Origin: Synergistota bacterium
GTDB taxonomy: Bacteria; Synergistota; GBS-1
NCBI GenBank assembly: GCA_021159885.1
Contig: JAGHDO010000068.1
Location: 16,118 to 80,117, forward strand
Length of the DNA: 64,000 nt
Direction: 5' to 3'
Positions 40,077 to 49,878 of this stretch are shown here, piece after piece. A program made the translations under genes and the position numbers. Position 1 is the first letter of the stretch; every line of letters begins with the position of its first letter. The notes under the pieces were generated by a model that was not told the origin of the DNA, did not search any database, and worked only from the letters and a program-made list of their open reading frames with translations.

Positions 40077-41316
40077 TAGATACGACACCGTAGTAATTGG
40101 AGGCGGACCAGCAGGTCTTTCCGCCGCTATAAAGGCAAAAGAACACGGCTTAAGCGTTCTGCTCCTTGAAAACAGAGACCTTCTTGGCGGAATACCTCTT
40201 CAATGCGTTCATCCTGGCTTCGGACTCCACTATTTTAAGGAAGACCTAACGGGAACGGAGTTTATCTATCGATTTATAGAAAAGTTTGAAAAACTTGGGA
40301 TAGAAAGCTATACTAATGCTCATCTTGTGGAAATAGAGCTTGTATCCGATATAGAAAAAAGATTAAAAGTTATCACACCAAGGGGAGTTTTAAGCCTTCA
40401 GACAACAAGCCTGATCTACACAACCGGCGCCAGAGAGAGACATATTTTCGAAATCGGAATAACGGGAAATAGACCACCGGGAGTGTTCACCGCTGGAGAA
40501 GCACAAACGATGATGGATATATACGGAATCATGCCGGGCAAGGAAATCGTTATAGTAGGCTCAGGAGATGTCGGACTTATAATGGCAAGAAGATTTGCCT
40601 TAGAGGGAGCAGATGTCAAAGCGGTCATAGAAATAATGCCTTTCCCTGGCGGATTAACGAGAAATGTAGTTCAGTGCCTTCACGACTTTGATATCCCGCT
40701 TTACTTGAGCCACGCAGTCACAAGGGTTGAGGGAACGAAAAGGGTTGAGAAGATAATAGTCTGCGAGGTGGACGAAAATCTTCGCATAAAGGAAGGGACT
40801 GAAAAGGAAATATCTTGTGATACGGTAGTTGTCGCAGCGGGACTCGTCCCCTACATAAAGATCCTTGAGAAAATCGGCGTGCTGACAGATCCCGCAACTA
40901 AGGGACCTATAATAAACGAGCTTCTTGAAACCAGTATCCCTGGGACCTTCGTTGCAGGAAACGCCCTCGTTATAAACGATCTTGTAGATTATGTAGTAGA
41001 ACAGGGAGAAAAATCAGCAGATGGAGCCCGGGAGTTCGTTGAACGAGGGGGTATTCCTACAAAGAGATGGAAAAGAATGGTAAAGGGAAGAAACATAAGG
41101 CTATTGGTTCCTCACTACCTGAGCGGAGAGGAAGATGTCATGATCTACGCGAGAGTTTTAAAACCCGAGGAGAACGTCAAGGTAAGATTTCTCGAAATCG
41201 AAAAGGAGATAAAGCTTCCATTCGTGAAACCTGCTGAGATGCTGAGACTGAAGCTAAGAAAGGAAGACATAGCTAAGGCAAAAGATAAGATAACCATGGA
41301 GGTAGTTCAAGCATGA
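40069..41316 (+). CDS. FAD/NAD(P)-dependent oxidoreductase (G3PDH partner subunit)
   Basis: GGGPAG, GGIPLQCVHPGFG, GSGDVGLIMARR. Confidence 0.85.
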   Translation: MRDRYDTVVIGGGPAGLSAAIKAKEHGLSVLLLENRDLLGGIPLQCVHPGFGLHYFKEDLTGTEFIYRFIEKFEKLGIESYTNAHLVEIELVSDIEKRLKVITPRGVLSLQTTSLIYTTGARERHIFEIGITGNRPPGVFTAGEAQTMMDIYGIMPGKEIVIVGSGDVGLIMARRFALEGADVKAVIEIMPFPGGLTRNVVQCLHDFDIPLYLSHAVTRVEGTKRVEKIIVCEVDENLRIKEGTEKEISCDTVVVAAGLVPYIKILEKIGVLTDPATKGPIINELLETSIPGTFVAGNALVINDLVDYVVEQGEKSADGAREFVERGGIPTKRWKRMVKGRNIRLLVPHYLSGEEDVMIYARVLKPEENVKVRFLEIEKEIKLPFVKPAEMLRLKLRKEDIAKAKDKITMEVVQA

Positions 41317-41690
41317 GCGAGATAAAGCGCCATAAGATAACCTGCATAGTTTGCCCACTCGGGTGCGAGATAGAAGTAAAGACCGAGGGAGATAAAATTC
41401 TTGAGATAAAGGGCTACAAATGTCCGCGAGGTAAAGAATATGCCATTCAAGAAATAACTGCTCCTAAAAGAATAGTAATGAGTGTAGTTAACGTAAAGGG
41501 AAGCTATTTCCCCACAGTCTCGGTTAAGACCAACAAGCCCGTTTTAAAGAAACTTATACCTCAAATCATGAAAGAGCTATCCCAGGTAGAACTTGAAGCT
41601 CCCATACCTATAGGAAAAGTTGTTCTTAAAAACGTTGCTGGCTCGGGCGCTGATATAGTCACAACAAGGCCCGCACCGAGGTCGCGCTAA
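41313..41690 (+). CDS. DUF1667 small Fe-S protein (G3PDH partner)
   Basis: CIVCPLGC..CPRG; third gene of the G3PDH triad. Confidence 0.85.
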   Translation: MSEIKRHKITCIVCPLGCEIEVKTEGDKILEIKGYKCPRGKEYAIQEITAPKRIVMSVVNVKGSYFPTVSVKTNKPVLKKLIPQIMKELSQVELEAPIPIGKVVLKNVAGSGADIVTTRPAPRSR

Positions 41691-41701
41691 ATATAGAGAT
41701 T

Positions 41702-41744
41702 GGGCTCTATTCCCGCCTTTAGATAAAGGTGAGGAATAGAGCCC
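41702..41744. terminator. long hairpin between the convergent glp and dha operons
   Basis: GGGCTCTATTCC-CGCCTTT-AGAT-AAAGGTG-A-GGAATAGAGCCC. Confidence 0.7.
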
Positions 41745-42295
41745 TAAAAATTATCATTCCTCCACAGATTTTTTGAACTCGTTGAAACCGCATCTACCAC
41801 TTTAAGAAGCTTTTTCAATTCCGCTTTGGTGCTAACCAATCCTCCGGTTATAACGTTTATTCCCAACGCTTTAAAAAGCCTTCCGACCTTAAGGGCAGAG
41901 CAACCCGGCAGTATCTCAACTATCTCAACACCATTGGTTTTAACCTGATTATACGCTTTCTCAACCGCCTTCGAATCGAGCGCAAATATACGCAATATAA
42001 AAGGTACCTTTACCTTCCTTGCGTAGTGAAAATTGCATAGCTTAACGCTTATTATGCCATCTACTCCTATAGCTTTAAGGTACTCTACAGCAGCCTTTCC
42101 ATCAGAAAGGCCATCTATGAAGTCCATATCAACGTAAACATCTTTTCCCGCTTCCTTACAAGCCTTTACCTCCTCAGGAAGCTTACATAAGCTGGAGTTT
42201 AGAATAAAGACGGTCTTAACGGGGATCATTGTGGGATCGATAAAATCCCAGAGAGAGGCTATAACTCCCTTAAGCAGGGGATTTATAACTCGCAT
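41744..42295 (-). CDS. glpP: glycerol-3-phosphate-responsive antiterminator
   Basis: DMDFIDGL, DGIIS, RIFALDS, EILPG, GGLV, AVSTS..LW. Confidence 0.88.
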   Translation of the reverse strand: MRVINPLLKGVIASLWDFIDPTMIPVKTVFILNSSLCKLPEEVKACKEAGKDVYVDMDFIDGLSDGKAAVEYLKAIGVDGIISVKLCNFHYARKVKVPFILRIFALDSKAVEKAYNQVKTNGVEIVEILPGCSALKVGRLFKALGINVITGGLVSTKAELKKLLKVVDAVSTSSKNLWRNDNF

Positions 42296-44778
42296 TTCTC
42301 TCCTACCAACTTCCTGACTTCCTCAGCGGTACCGAGATTTAGCGCCTCCTCTGCGAGTTCTTTAAGCTCAGAGAACCTCAGTCTTCTTATTAAAGCCTTA
42401 GCGGGCGGTATAAGCCGCGCGTTCATGCTCAGCTCGTCCACCCCCATACCCACGAGAATAGGAATCGCCTCCTTTTGCCCCGCCATCTCCCCACAAACGC
42501 CCACCCATTTACCGCAGGCGTGGGCTCCCTCCACCACCATCTTTATAAGTTTCAAAACCGCGGGGTTCAGAGAATCGAAGAGATAGCTCAACGACTTATT
42601 GCCTCTATCGCAAGCAAGGGTATACTGTGTAAGATCATTTGTACCTATGCTGAAGAAGGCAACTTCCTTAGCAAGATGCTCGCTTACTATAGCCGCGGAT
42701 GGGATCTCAACCATAATTCCCATCTCAACCTTCTCCGAATAGTCTACCCCCTTCTTCTCAAGCTCTTCCTTACATTCTTCAAGAATTTCCTTCGCCCACC
42801 TTACCTCATCGAGAGTGGCAACCATCGGAAGCATGAACTTAAGATTTCCCTTAAGTCCTGCCCTTAATATAGCTTTAATCTGGCTCTTTAGCAAGTCCGG
42901 ATACAGCTTCTGAAGCCTTATTGCCCTTACCCCTAAGAAAGGATTATCTTCTCTTGACATAGGTATATAAGAGAGAGGCTTATCTCCCCCAACATCCAGC
43001 GTCCTTATTATAACGGGCTTATCTCCCATAATTTCAGCAACGCGGGAATAAGCCACATATTGCTCCTCTTCTGACGGCATCTCGCTCCTGTTTAAAAACA
43101 AAAACTCGGTTCTTAAAAGCCCTATGCCTTCGGCTCCAAACTCAAGGATTTCACTGACCGTCTCGAGATTACCGACGTTGGCTACCACCTCAATTCCATG
43201 TTCATCCAAGGTAATTGCAGGCTCCTTAGCCTTTGCCAGAAACTCTCTTTCGAGGGCTTCCGTCTCCTCTCTTTTTCTCTCAAAGACTTGAATGAGATCC
43301 TGAGGAGGATTCACTATGAGTTTTCCCTCGCTACCATCGAGTGCGACCCTGGTCCCGCTCGGAATTTTCATTACTTCCGATCCAAGTCCAACAACTGAAG
43401 GTATACCCCACATACGTGCAAGGATAGCAGCATGGGATGTGGTTCCCCCTTGAGCGACAGCTATCCCCGCTATAAGATTCCTATCCAAGGAAGCAGTTTC
43501 AGATGGAAGAAGCTCCTCTGCTATTAAAACCACTTTATCCTCTCCCTCTATCTTAAACTTAAACTCCCCCTCACCAGACAGAATTCTCAAGACTCTATCA
43601 GCAATATCTCTAATATCAGCCGATCTCTCCTTCATAAGCTCTGTATCCTGATTTTCAAGCTTTTCGGCCCATTCTTCAAGAACACTTGATATCGCCTCAC
43701 TCGCAGAAGCGCCTTTCTCCCTGATAAGCGACTCAACCTGAGAGAGCATCTTTTCATCTTTTAAGACCATCGCATGAAAGTCAAATATAGCTGCTACCTT
43801 GGGATCCCCTTCCTTAGATATTCTCTCCTTAAGCCCTCTGATCTCCTTGAGCGCCAAAGATATAGCTTCTTTAACCTTTTGAAGCTCTTCCTCAGGAGAT
43901 CCCTTTGACTCCTTTTTACTATCCTTCTTCCTTCTAAAAAAAACATAAGCAGGTGCTACCACATATCCAGGATAAACTGGCGTTCCTCTAAACTCGCCCT
44001 TTGTTATCGTTTCCTCCTTCTGAATATCAATGGATTCAGCCCTCCCAGATTCGCTCTCAACCTCACCAAAGCCCGACTCAACAAGCTCTTTCAATGCCTT
44101 AAGTGCTTCCTCTGCATCCTCACCCTGAGCGCTTATCCTTATCCACTCCCCCTTATTTGCGGTACCGTTAACTGCCATTTCCATTACGCTTTTGGCATCT
44201 GCTGGGGGCTTGCCAGCCGTGATATTCTGAACAATGATCTTAGACTTAAACTTATTCGCAAGTTGAACAAAAATAGCAGAAGGTCTCGCGTGCAAGCCCG
44301 TGGGGTTTATAATCTGAACCTCAACGCTCTTTACCTCACCCTTAGAAGCCTCCTTCTCCTTTTGAGGCAAAGGAGCTTCCTCTCCCTGAACCTTAATAAC
44401 GGGAACCTCCTCTGCTCTTTTCTTTACTTCATCCAAAGATAAACCTTGGGCTGTAGCCGCCGCGGCGGCTACAGCCCCCTCGACCAAAGGAGCGTTGCAT
44501 AGCTTTATTCCTGCCTGCATTTCCTCAGGCAAGGATTCCACACACATCTGCGTTGTCATTATAGCGCTACCAAGATCCATGAGGATCAAAACCCCATCTT
44601 CGCTATAAACTTCGTTTATAGCATTCAGGATCTTCTCAAAGCTCGTGCCTAAGCTTCCATCATCAAGCCCCCCGGCAGCCCTTATTGGGATTTCCTTTCC
44701 CCCCGTCATCTGCTTGGCAAGCTCCACCACACCTTCAGCCAATTTATCGCTGTGAGAAACTACAACGATTCCTACCAT
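42283..44778 (-). CDS. dhaM: DhaM (EIIA)-HPr-Enzyme I fusion
   Basis: IVVVSHS..DLGSA (DhaM), GLHARP (HPr), GGTTSHAAI, IRTLDVGGDK, FFSIGTNDL, GVCGEMA (complete EI). Confidence 0.92.
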   Translation of the reverse strand: MVGIVVVSHSDKLAEGVVELAKQMTGGKEIPIRAAGGLDDGSLGTSFEKILNAINEVYSEDGVLILMDLGSAIMTTQMCVESLPEEMQAGIKLCNAPLVEGAVAAAAATAQGLSLDEVKKRAEEVPVIKVQGEEAPLPQKEKEASKGEVKSVEVQIINPTGLHARPSAIFVQLANKFKSKIIVQNITAGKPPADAKSVMEMAVNGTANKGEWIRISAQGEDAEEALKALKELVESGFGEVESESGRAESIDIQKEETITKGEFRGTPVYPGYVVAPAYVFFRRKKDSKKESKGSPEEELQKVKEAISLALKEIRGLKERISKEGDPKVAAIFDFHAMVLKDEKMLSQVESLIREKGASASEAISSVLEEWAEKLENQDTELMKERSADIRDIADRVLRILSGEGEFKFKIEGEDKVVLIAEELLPSETASLDRNLIAGIAVAQGGTTSHAAILARMWGIPSVVGLGSEVMKIPSGTRVALDGSEGKLIVNPPQDLIQVFERKREETEALEREFLAKAKEPAITLDEHGIEVVANVGNLETVSEILEFGAEGIGLLRTEFLFLNRSEMPSEEEQYVAYSRVAEIMGDKPVIIRTLDVGGDKPLSYIPMSREDNPFLGVRAIRLQKLYPDLLKSQIKAILRAGLKGNLKFMLPMVATLDEVRWAKEILEECKEELEKKGVDYSEKVEMGIMVEIPSAAIVSEHLAKEVAFFSIGTNDLTQYTLACDRGNKSLSYLFDSLNPAVLKLIKMVVEGAHACGKWVGVCGEMAGQKEAIPILVGMGVDELSMNARLIPPAKALIRRLRFSELKELAEEALNLGTAEEVRKLVGEKCEL

Positions 44779-44951
44779 CTGTTTTCCCTCTGCCTCCTTT
44801 TATAAAGAGATATCCAGAAGCCAACCCAAGCTATTGGAAAGAGAATCATATTTAACCATCTATTAACCAGATAGAACATATATTCACTCCAAACGAGAGG
44901 CACTACGAATAACACCACTATGAGCCACCGTGGAAGGCTCTTTTTCTTCAA
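44772..44951 (-). CDS. small 2-TM membrane protein (59 aa), absent from the ORF track
   Basis: TTG start; MKKKSLPRWLIVVLFVVPLVWSEYMFYLVNRWLNMILFPIAWVGFWISLYKRRQRENRW*. Fills the dhaL-dhaM gap and overlaps the dhaM ATG. Confidence 0.7.
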   Translation of the reverse strand: MKKKSLPRWLIVVLFVVPLVWSEYMFYLVNRWLNMILFPIAWVGFWISLYKRRQRENRW

Positions 44952-44960
44952 TTTAAGGCT

Positions 44961-45602
44961 TTATCCCCCTTTCTCCTTTTCAACCTCAAGCATAGCTTTA
45001 AAAAGCAGATAGGAAGATGTAGCTCCTGGATCCTGATGCCCAATGCTTCTATCTCCAAGATAGCTCGCTCTTCCCTTCGTAGCCTTCATAGGAATGGTTT
45101 TTTTCATCCCATCCTCAGCAGCACTAACGGCAGCTTCAAGCATTTCTCTTAATGAAGCTCCACTTTTAAGCTTTTCCTCGAAGGCTCTCAAGGCAGGTGC
45201 TATAGCGTCTATCATCGTCTTTTCTCCCTCGGTAGCCTTGCCCCTCATCTGTATACCTTCTAAAGCAGCCTTTAGTGCCTGATAGAGCTCCTCCGGCGTT
45301 ATTTCCTCCTTCTTGTCAAGAACCTTAGCAGCATACATAAAGGCTGTACCGTAAAGGGGCCCTGAGGCTCCTCCAACGCTTGAAACAAGCGCCATAGCAC
45401 AGCTTCTCAAGATAGTGCCTATATCCTTATCCTTAACTCCATCTAAACTACTCATAATCTTTGTGAAACCTCTATCCATGTTTATACCGTGATCGGCATC
45501 CCCTATAGCGGAATCAAGCTCCGTGAGATAATCCTTATTTTGCTTAAGAAGCTCTGCAGCCTTTTGTAGAAATTTTAGTACATCTTCCTTGGTTATCGCC
45601 AT
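44961..45602 (-). CDS. dhaL: dihydroxyacetone kinase ADP-binding subunit
   Basis: LDSAIGDADHG, GGASGPLYG, KGRASYLG, DPGATS. Confidence 0.96.
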   Translation of the reverse strand: MAITKEDVLKFLQKAAELLKQNKDYLTELDSAIGDADHGINMDRGFTKIMSSLDGVKDKDIGTILRSCAMALVSSVGGASGPLYGTAFMYAAKVLDKKEEITPEELYQALKAALEGIQMRGKATEGEKTMIDAIAPALRAFEEKLKSGASLREMLEAAVSAAEDGMKKTIPMKATKGRASYLGDRSIGHQDPGATSSYLLFKAMLEVEKEKGG

Positions 45603-45605
45603 TCC

Positions 45606-46607
45606 CTATACACCCCAACGCAAAGCTGGTGTCTTTACAGGAGCATCCCAAAGCTCCTTAAGCTCATCGTCGAGTTTAAGTAGGGTGATAGAAACGCCTT
45701 GCATTTCAAGTGAAGTTATGTAGCGTCCTATAAGCTTCCTCGCTATCTTTATGCCCTTACCCTCAAGGATCTGATGAAGCTTCCTGTAAACTATATAGAG
45801 CTCTATATCAGGAGTTCCTCCCATACTATTAACAAACGCAAGAACCTCATCTCCAGCTTTAAACGGAAGGTCCTCTATAACCGCCTCAGCGAGCATCTCA
45901 GTAATCTCGTCTGCGCTCTTCAATTTCATCCTTTGACGACCCGGTTCACCATGAATCCCTATGCCTATCTCCATCTCATCCTCAGCAAGCTCAAAAGTGG
46001 GCTTACCAGCAGCTGGAACCGTACAGGGAGTAAGCGCCATACCCATGCTTCTACCCCAGCCGTTCACCTTACGACAAAGATCTGCTAGCTTCTTAAGATC
46101 ATACCCCTTTTCAGCTGCAGCTCCGCATATCTTTTCAGCAAGCACGGTCGTTCCAACGCCACGCCTTCCCTGCGTGTAGAGGCTGTTCTCCACCGCTACA
46201 TCATCATCAATTATCACGCTCTCCACTTCTATGCCCTCTGACCTAAGCATGTCAGCTGCCATATCGAAATTCATAACGTCCCCACTATAATTCTTAACGA
46301 TGAAGAGTACCCCAGCACCACCATGAACCTTCTTAGCAGCCTCATACATCTGATCCGGCGTCGGTGAGGTGAAGACCTCGCCAGGGCAAGCAGCATCGAG
46401 CATTCCCATGCCAACAAAGCCGGCATGCATGGGCTCATGTCCGCTGCCTCCACCGGAAACTATAGCGACCTTATCCTTAACGGGAGCATCCGCACGATAG
46501 ACGAAGTTAGGTCCAAAGTTTACCTTAACGAGCTCGGGCCAGGCTAACCCCAATCCCTCCAATGACTCCTTTACTACATCCTCCGGCTTGTTGATCAGCT
46601 TCTTCAA
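45606..46607 (-). CDS. dhaK: dihydroxyacetone kinase substrate-binding subunit
   Basis: [22 protein letters not shown]. Confidence 0.96.
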   Translation of the reverse strand: MKKLINKPEDVVKESLEGLGLAWPELVKVNFGPNFVYRADAPVKDKVAIVSGGGSGHEPMHAGFVGMGMLDAACPGEVFTSPTPDQMYEAAKKVHGGAGVLFIVKNYSGDVMNFDMAADMLRSEGIEVESVIIDDDVAVENSLYTQGRRGVGTTVLAEKICGAAAEKGYDLKKLADLCRKVNGWGRSMGMALTPCTVPAAGKPTFELAEDEMEIGIGIHGEPGRQRMKLKSADEITEMLAEAVIEDLPFKAGDEVLAFVNSMGGTPDIELYIVYRKLHQILEGKGIKIARKLIGRYITSLEMQGVSITLLKLDDELKELWDAPVKTPALRWGV

Positions 46608-46609
46608 CC

Positions 46610-47428
46610 TTACTCGCCTCCCTGTTCTCCCTCCTTCTTCTCAGGAAGGAAAGGTGTGATAAAGAGATCATAAAGAATCACTCCAAGAGGACCTCCAATC
46701 AGGGGTCCTATGATTGGTGCCACTATCCAATATGGACCGCTAAATAAGCCCTTGGTTCCAACGAGAGCGCCAAAAAGTCTTGGTCCAAGATCACGCGCAG
46801 GATTGATGGCGTATCCGCTGGGACCACCAAGGGTAAGACCCACGGTAAGAACCACAAACCCAACCAACAGAGGACCCATGTTAGCCTTAGCTCCAAGGTT
46901 CCTTTCATCCAACACGGCCATAACTCCGATAAGAAGCACCGCCGTTCCAAATATCTCAGCTATGGTTGCGTTAGCCAGTGAATAAGAAGCCACTGCCTTC
47001 GCCGTTGATACCGCACCCCAGAAGGCCTTCTCAAAGACGGATCCAGGTCCGGTACACCATACATTGGGCATTCCGGTAGCTTTAAGGCCATCATAGTAAA
47101 CGAGATAAACGCCCAAACCACCAACAAAGCCACCAGCGGTTTGAGCTATCCAATAAGGTATAACCTTAGCCCATGAGAAGCCCCTCTTAACGGCAAGCGC
47201 AAACGTAACCGCGGGATTGATGTGAGCACCTGAAACTCCCCCAGCAGCATAGACGGCAAGAAAGACCGCGAATCCCCATCCAAAGGCTATGGTATTCCAG
47301 TTATACGCGACCGATGCCAATCTCGGTGCGAGTCCAACATGAGCCACGACGCCATCTCCCAAGAGAACCAAAAGAAACGTTCCGAAGAATTCCGCTGCCA
47401 GTTCTCCACCCAGCGAGTTCCGTTTCAT
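46610..47428 (-). CDS. glpF: aquaglyceroporin
   Basis: [10 protein letters not shown] and GYAINPARD motifs. Confidence 0.93.
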   Translation of the reverse strand: MKRNSLGGELAAEFFGTFLLVLLGDGVVAHVGLAPRLASVAYNWNTIAFGWGFAVFLAVYAAGGVSGAHINPAVTFALAVKRGFSWAKVIPYWIAQTAGGFVGGLGVYLVYYDGLKATGMPNVWCTGPGSVFEKAFWGAVSTAKAVASYSLANATIAEIFGTAVLLIGVMAVLDERNLGAKANMGPLLVGFVVLTVGLTLGGPSGYAINPARDLGPRLFGALVGTKGLFSGPYWIVAPIIGPLIGGPLGVILYDLFITPFLPEKKEGEQGGE

Positions 47429-47480
47429 ACCTTTCGTCCCCCCTTCCGGTTAGTTGTTTTCCATAATCTATGCCCTAAAG

Positions 47481-47546
47481 GAAAAGCCACACTTTAGCTG
47501 TCCCCAAAGTGTGGCTTTCTCCCCTCCTCTGCCACTTAATCAATAT
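47481..47546 (-). promoter_or_regulatory. GlpP-type attenuator leader of glpF-dhaKL-orf59-dhaM-glpP
   Basis: ATATTGATTAAGTGGC...GAAAGCCACACTTT-loop-AAAGTGTGGCTTT plus TCCTTT; homologous to the glpK leader. Confidence 0.75.
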
Positions 47547-47564
47547 TTCATTATTCTACAGTAA

Positions 47565-47593
47565 AGGATATCAAAAAAGCCTCACAAAGTCAA
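47565..47593 (-). promoter_or_regulatory. promoter of the glpF-dha operon
   Basis: TTGACT-N17-TATCCT, same boxes as the glpK promoter. Confidence 0.7.
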
Positions 47594-48237
47594 GAATATT
47601 TTCGGCACTCCTCCCGGAGAGGGCATGAGCCACACTCCGGATTTCGAGGTCTGCAAAATCGCCTTCCTATTGATATAAGTAGCTTATGAGCTCGCAATCT
47701 CTCACCCGGGGGGAAAAGCTCCATTAGTTTTACTTTCATAAATTCGTATCCATCTTTCTGTTCTGCAATACCAAATCTTTTTAAGATTCTGCCTATGTGC
47801 CTATCTATTGCAAAAGTGTTCTCATAACCAAGATGTAATAAAATAACATCCGCAGTTTTGAAACCTATTCCCTTTATGGAAAGCAAAGCCTCTCGAGGAT
47901 TATCCTCTTTAAGAAGATTTCGCATATCTCCTTCCCATCTTTTAATAACCGCCTCTGCAAGGTTCCTAATCGTCCTCGCTTTAGCACGCTTAAGACCCGA
48001 GGGTGATATAAGCCTTTCCAGCTCGTTCTGTGATAGGGATATAATCTTTCGAGGCGTTATCTTTCCACTTAATGTATCTCTCATCAGATTAAAAGCCTTT
48101 ATAGCATTCAAATCAGACGTATTTTGAGACAGCACGGTGGCTATCGCAATCTCAAATGGATCCTCCGAGATAGAACTTGAAAAAACACCATTTAAGCTTG
48201 CCTTTTTAAGAAGAAGGTCTCTTAGGCTCATGAGCAA
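47590..48237 (-). CDS. nth: endonuclease III (HhH-GPD, 4Fe-4S)
   Basis: LSQNTSD, IKGIGFKTAD, AIDRH, CRPRNPECGSCPLREEC. Confidence 0.9.
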   Translation of the reverse strand: MLMSLRDLLLKKASLNGVFSSSISEDPFEIAIATVLSQNTSDLNAIKAFNLMRDTLSGKITPRKIISLSQNELERLISPSGLKRAKARTIRNLAEAVIKRWEGDMRNLLKEDNPREALLSIKGIGFKTADVILLHLGYENTFAIDRHIGRILKRFGIAEQKDGYEFMKVKLMELFPPGERLRAHKLLISIGRRFCRPRNPECGSCPLREECRKYS

Positions 48238-48247
48238 CTATGTAATT

Positions 48248-49756
48248 TCACTTAATCCAAGCCTTCTTAACGGGAGCCATGACCTTTTTACCGTTCGCAA
48301 GGGTTATAACTATTCTGAAAGCGCTATTCCTATCAGCAGCAACGCTATTATCGTAACACCAAAGATTAAGCCTCTTTTTCCCTGCCACCCTTATGTATAT
48401 CGAACCATCGTAAGCGCTAAGAAGCTTTCCTCTCCCATCCGTAACAGCGATCACAGGATATCCGTTTCCATAGTAGGTGTCCCAGCGAGCAAAACCACCC
48501 CTGGTTGAGTAAAGCTCTATCCCAGTTATAACCGCATTCCCCTTAACCCTCAGTATCAAGTGAAGATCCGGTCTGTAATCCTTTCTGAGAACCTCAGCGC
48601 TTGAAACCAAATCCTTAGGCCCATTTCCCATTACCGTACAGCTTTCAACGATAAGAGGGGTTCTATAAATCTCCTTTCTCTTAACCAAGGAAACTGCCCT
48701 TCTACCGTTTGAAAACCAAATCGTTATTCTATACCTTGTGCGAGGATCATTTATACTTCCATTGTCCCAAACATAGAGATAAAGAAGCTTGCTTCCCATA
48801 AGAGGAATATTTACAGACCCATTAGAAAGATTAAGCAGATTCCCCCAGTCATCGGTTACGGCTATGACGGGTTTCCCATCACCAGGAATGGTATTCCAGA
48901 TCGAATACCTTCCACTAACGTTCCTTATCTCAATCGCAGTTATGGAAACGCCCTTCCCTTTTAACCTCACAGCAAATCTTCCATCTCCATATCCATCTGG
49001 GCTTATTTCCTCCCACGGTCCAACGTAATCAAGGGAGGAAAGTCCATACAAAACGGCACTTTCTATATAAGGACCGATAGAGGGCCTTGAAAGCCGAGTA
49101 AGCTTCCAGTTGAAAAACTCAACGCTTGAGGAATATTCTCCCGTAGACCTTGCGAAGAAGCCCACATATTTAAACGGCGTCTTTCTAAGCAGTAAGCTTC
49201 CAACGAGCTTCCAAGAATCGTTAAGACTCCTTCTAAAGAGAAAATTAAGCCTACTCCCCACCTTTTTTACCATCAAGAATCCTTCCCTCGCCCTGAACGG
49301 CATCTCAAACCTGCCCTTTGACTCGGGAAAAGCGCTAAGAGAGAGAGGCGATAGCCTACAGTTGCCTGGTATAGATCCCTCAATCTTTACTCTATTTTTC
49401 CCAACTACCTCAAAAAGCAAGAAAAATGTCCTCGTTTCTCTCCCATCCCAGAGAATCAACCCAAATGAGCTTGACGGATATTTCATTCTCGCTTTAAAGG
49501 CGGTTTCAAACCTCCAGCTTCCCGCAGGAATTTCCTTCACAAGGAGGGGAGCCCCCTCTTCGGTCCTTCCCTTACGGTAGCACCCCCATATATCCTGGTA
49601 AGGGTTAGAAAACAGATAAAGCCTTTGAGCACCAAAGAAACGATAAACATCGTTCCCTTCTGGATCACTCCACCTCCAACCGAGAGCAAAAGAAGCATCT
49701 ACTATAAGCCACAAGACGCAGATAATCACCACTCCCACAAACGCAATTTTTTTCAT
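48248..49756 (-). CDS. secreted protein with a beta-sandwich domain and two tandem ~125-aa repeats
   Basis: Signal peptide; duplicated D.V...E...D...D..IT.IE..W.T..G.G.PVIAVTD..G.LL...GS..DN unit. Confidence 0.7.
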   Translation of the reverse strand: MKKIAFVGVVIICVLWLIVDASFALGWRWSDPEGNDVYRFFGAQRLYLFSNPYQDIWGCYRKGRTEEGAPLLVKEIPAGSWRFETAFKARMKYPSSSFGLILWDGRETRTFFLLFEVVGKNRVKIEGSIPGNCRLSPLSLSAFPESKGRFEMPFRAREGFLMVKKVGSRLNFLFRRSLNDSWKLVGSLLLRKTPFKYVGFFARSTGEYSSSVEFFNWKLTRLSRPSIGPYIESAVLYGLSSLDYVGPWEEISPDGYGDGRFAVRLKGKGVSITAIEIRNVSGRYSIWNTIPGDGKPVIAVTDDWGNLLNLSNGSVNIPLMGSKLLYLYVWDNGSINDPRTRYRITIWFSNGRRAVSLVKRKEIYRTPLIVESCTVMGNGPKDLVSSAEVLRKDYRPDLHLILRVKGNAVITGIELYSTRGGFARWDTYYGNGYPVIAVTDGRGKLLSAYDGSIYIRVAGKKRLNLWCYDNSVAADRNSAFRIVITLANGKKVMAPVKKAWIK

Positions 49757-49818
49757 CTATATATCCCTCCCGAGAGCTTAAAAGATTCCTTAAAGAAGAT
49801 TATAGCAGAAGAAAAAAA

Positions 49819-49852
49819 TTGAGGGGCACCGCCTTAAGGCGGTGCCCCTCAA
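49819..49852 (-). terminator. intrinsic terminator after gdhA
   Basis: Perfect 34-bp palindrome TTGAGGGGCACCGCCTTAAGGCGGTGCCCCTCAA followed by a T7 run on the minus strand. Confidence 0.88.
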
Positions 49853-49878
49853 AGAAATGAACTCCCGTTTATTCCAGA

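Noticed and set aside
44922-44946. Plus-strand hairpin GAGCC..GGCTC plus T-run as a terminator
   Set aside because: Only a 5-bp stem, on the non-coding strand; the T-run is explained by the Lys codons of the 59-aa ORF.
49819-49852. Perfect 34-bp palindrome as a mobile or REP element
   Set aside because: Single copy, with a T-tract, directly after gdhA; an intrinsic terminator explains it.
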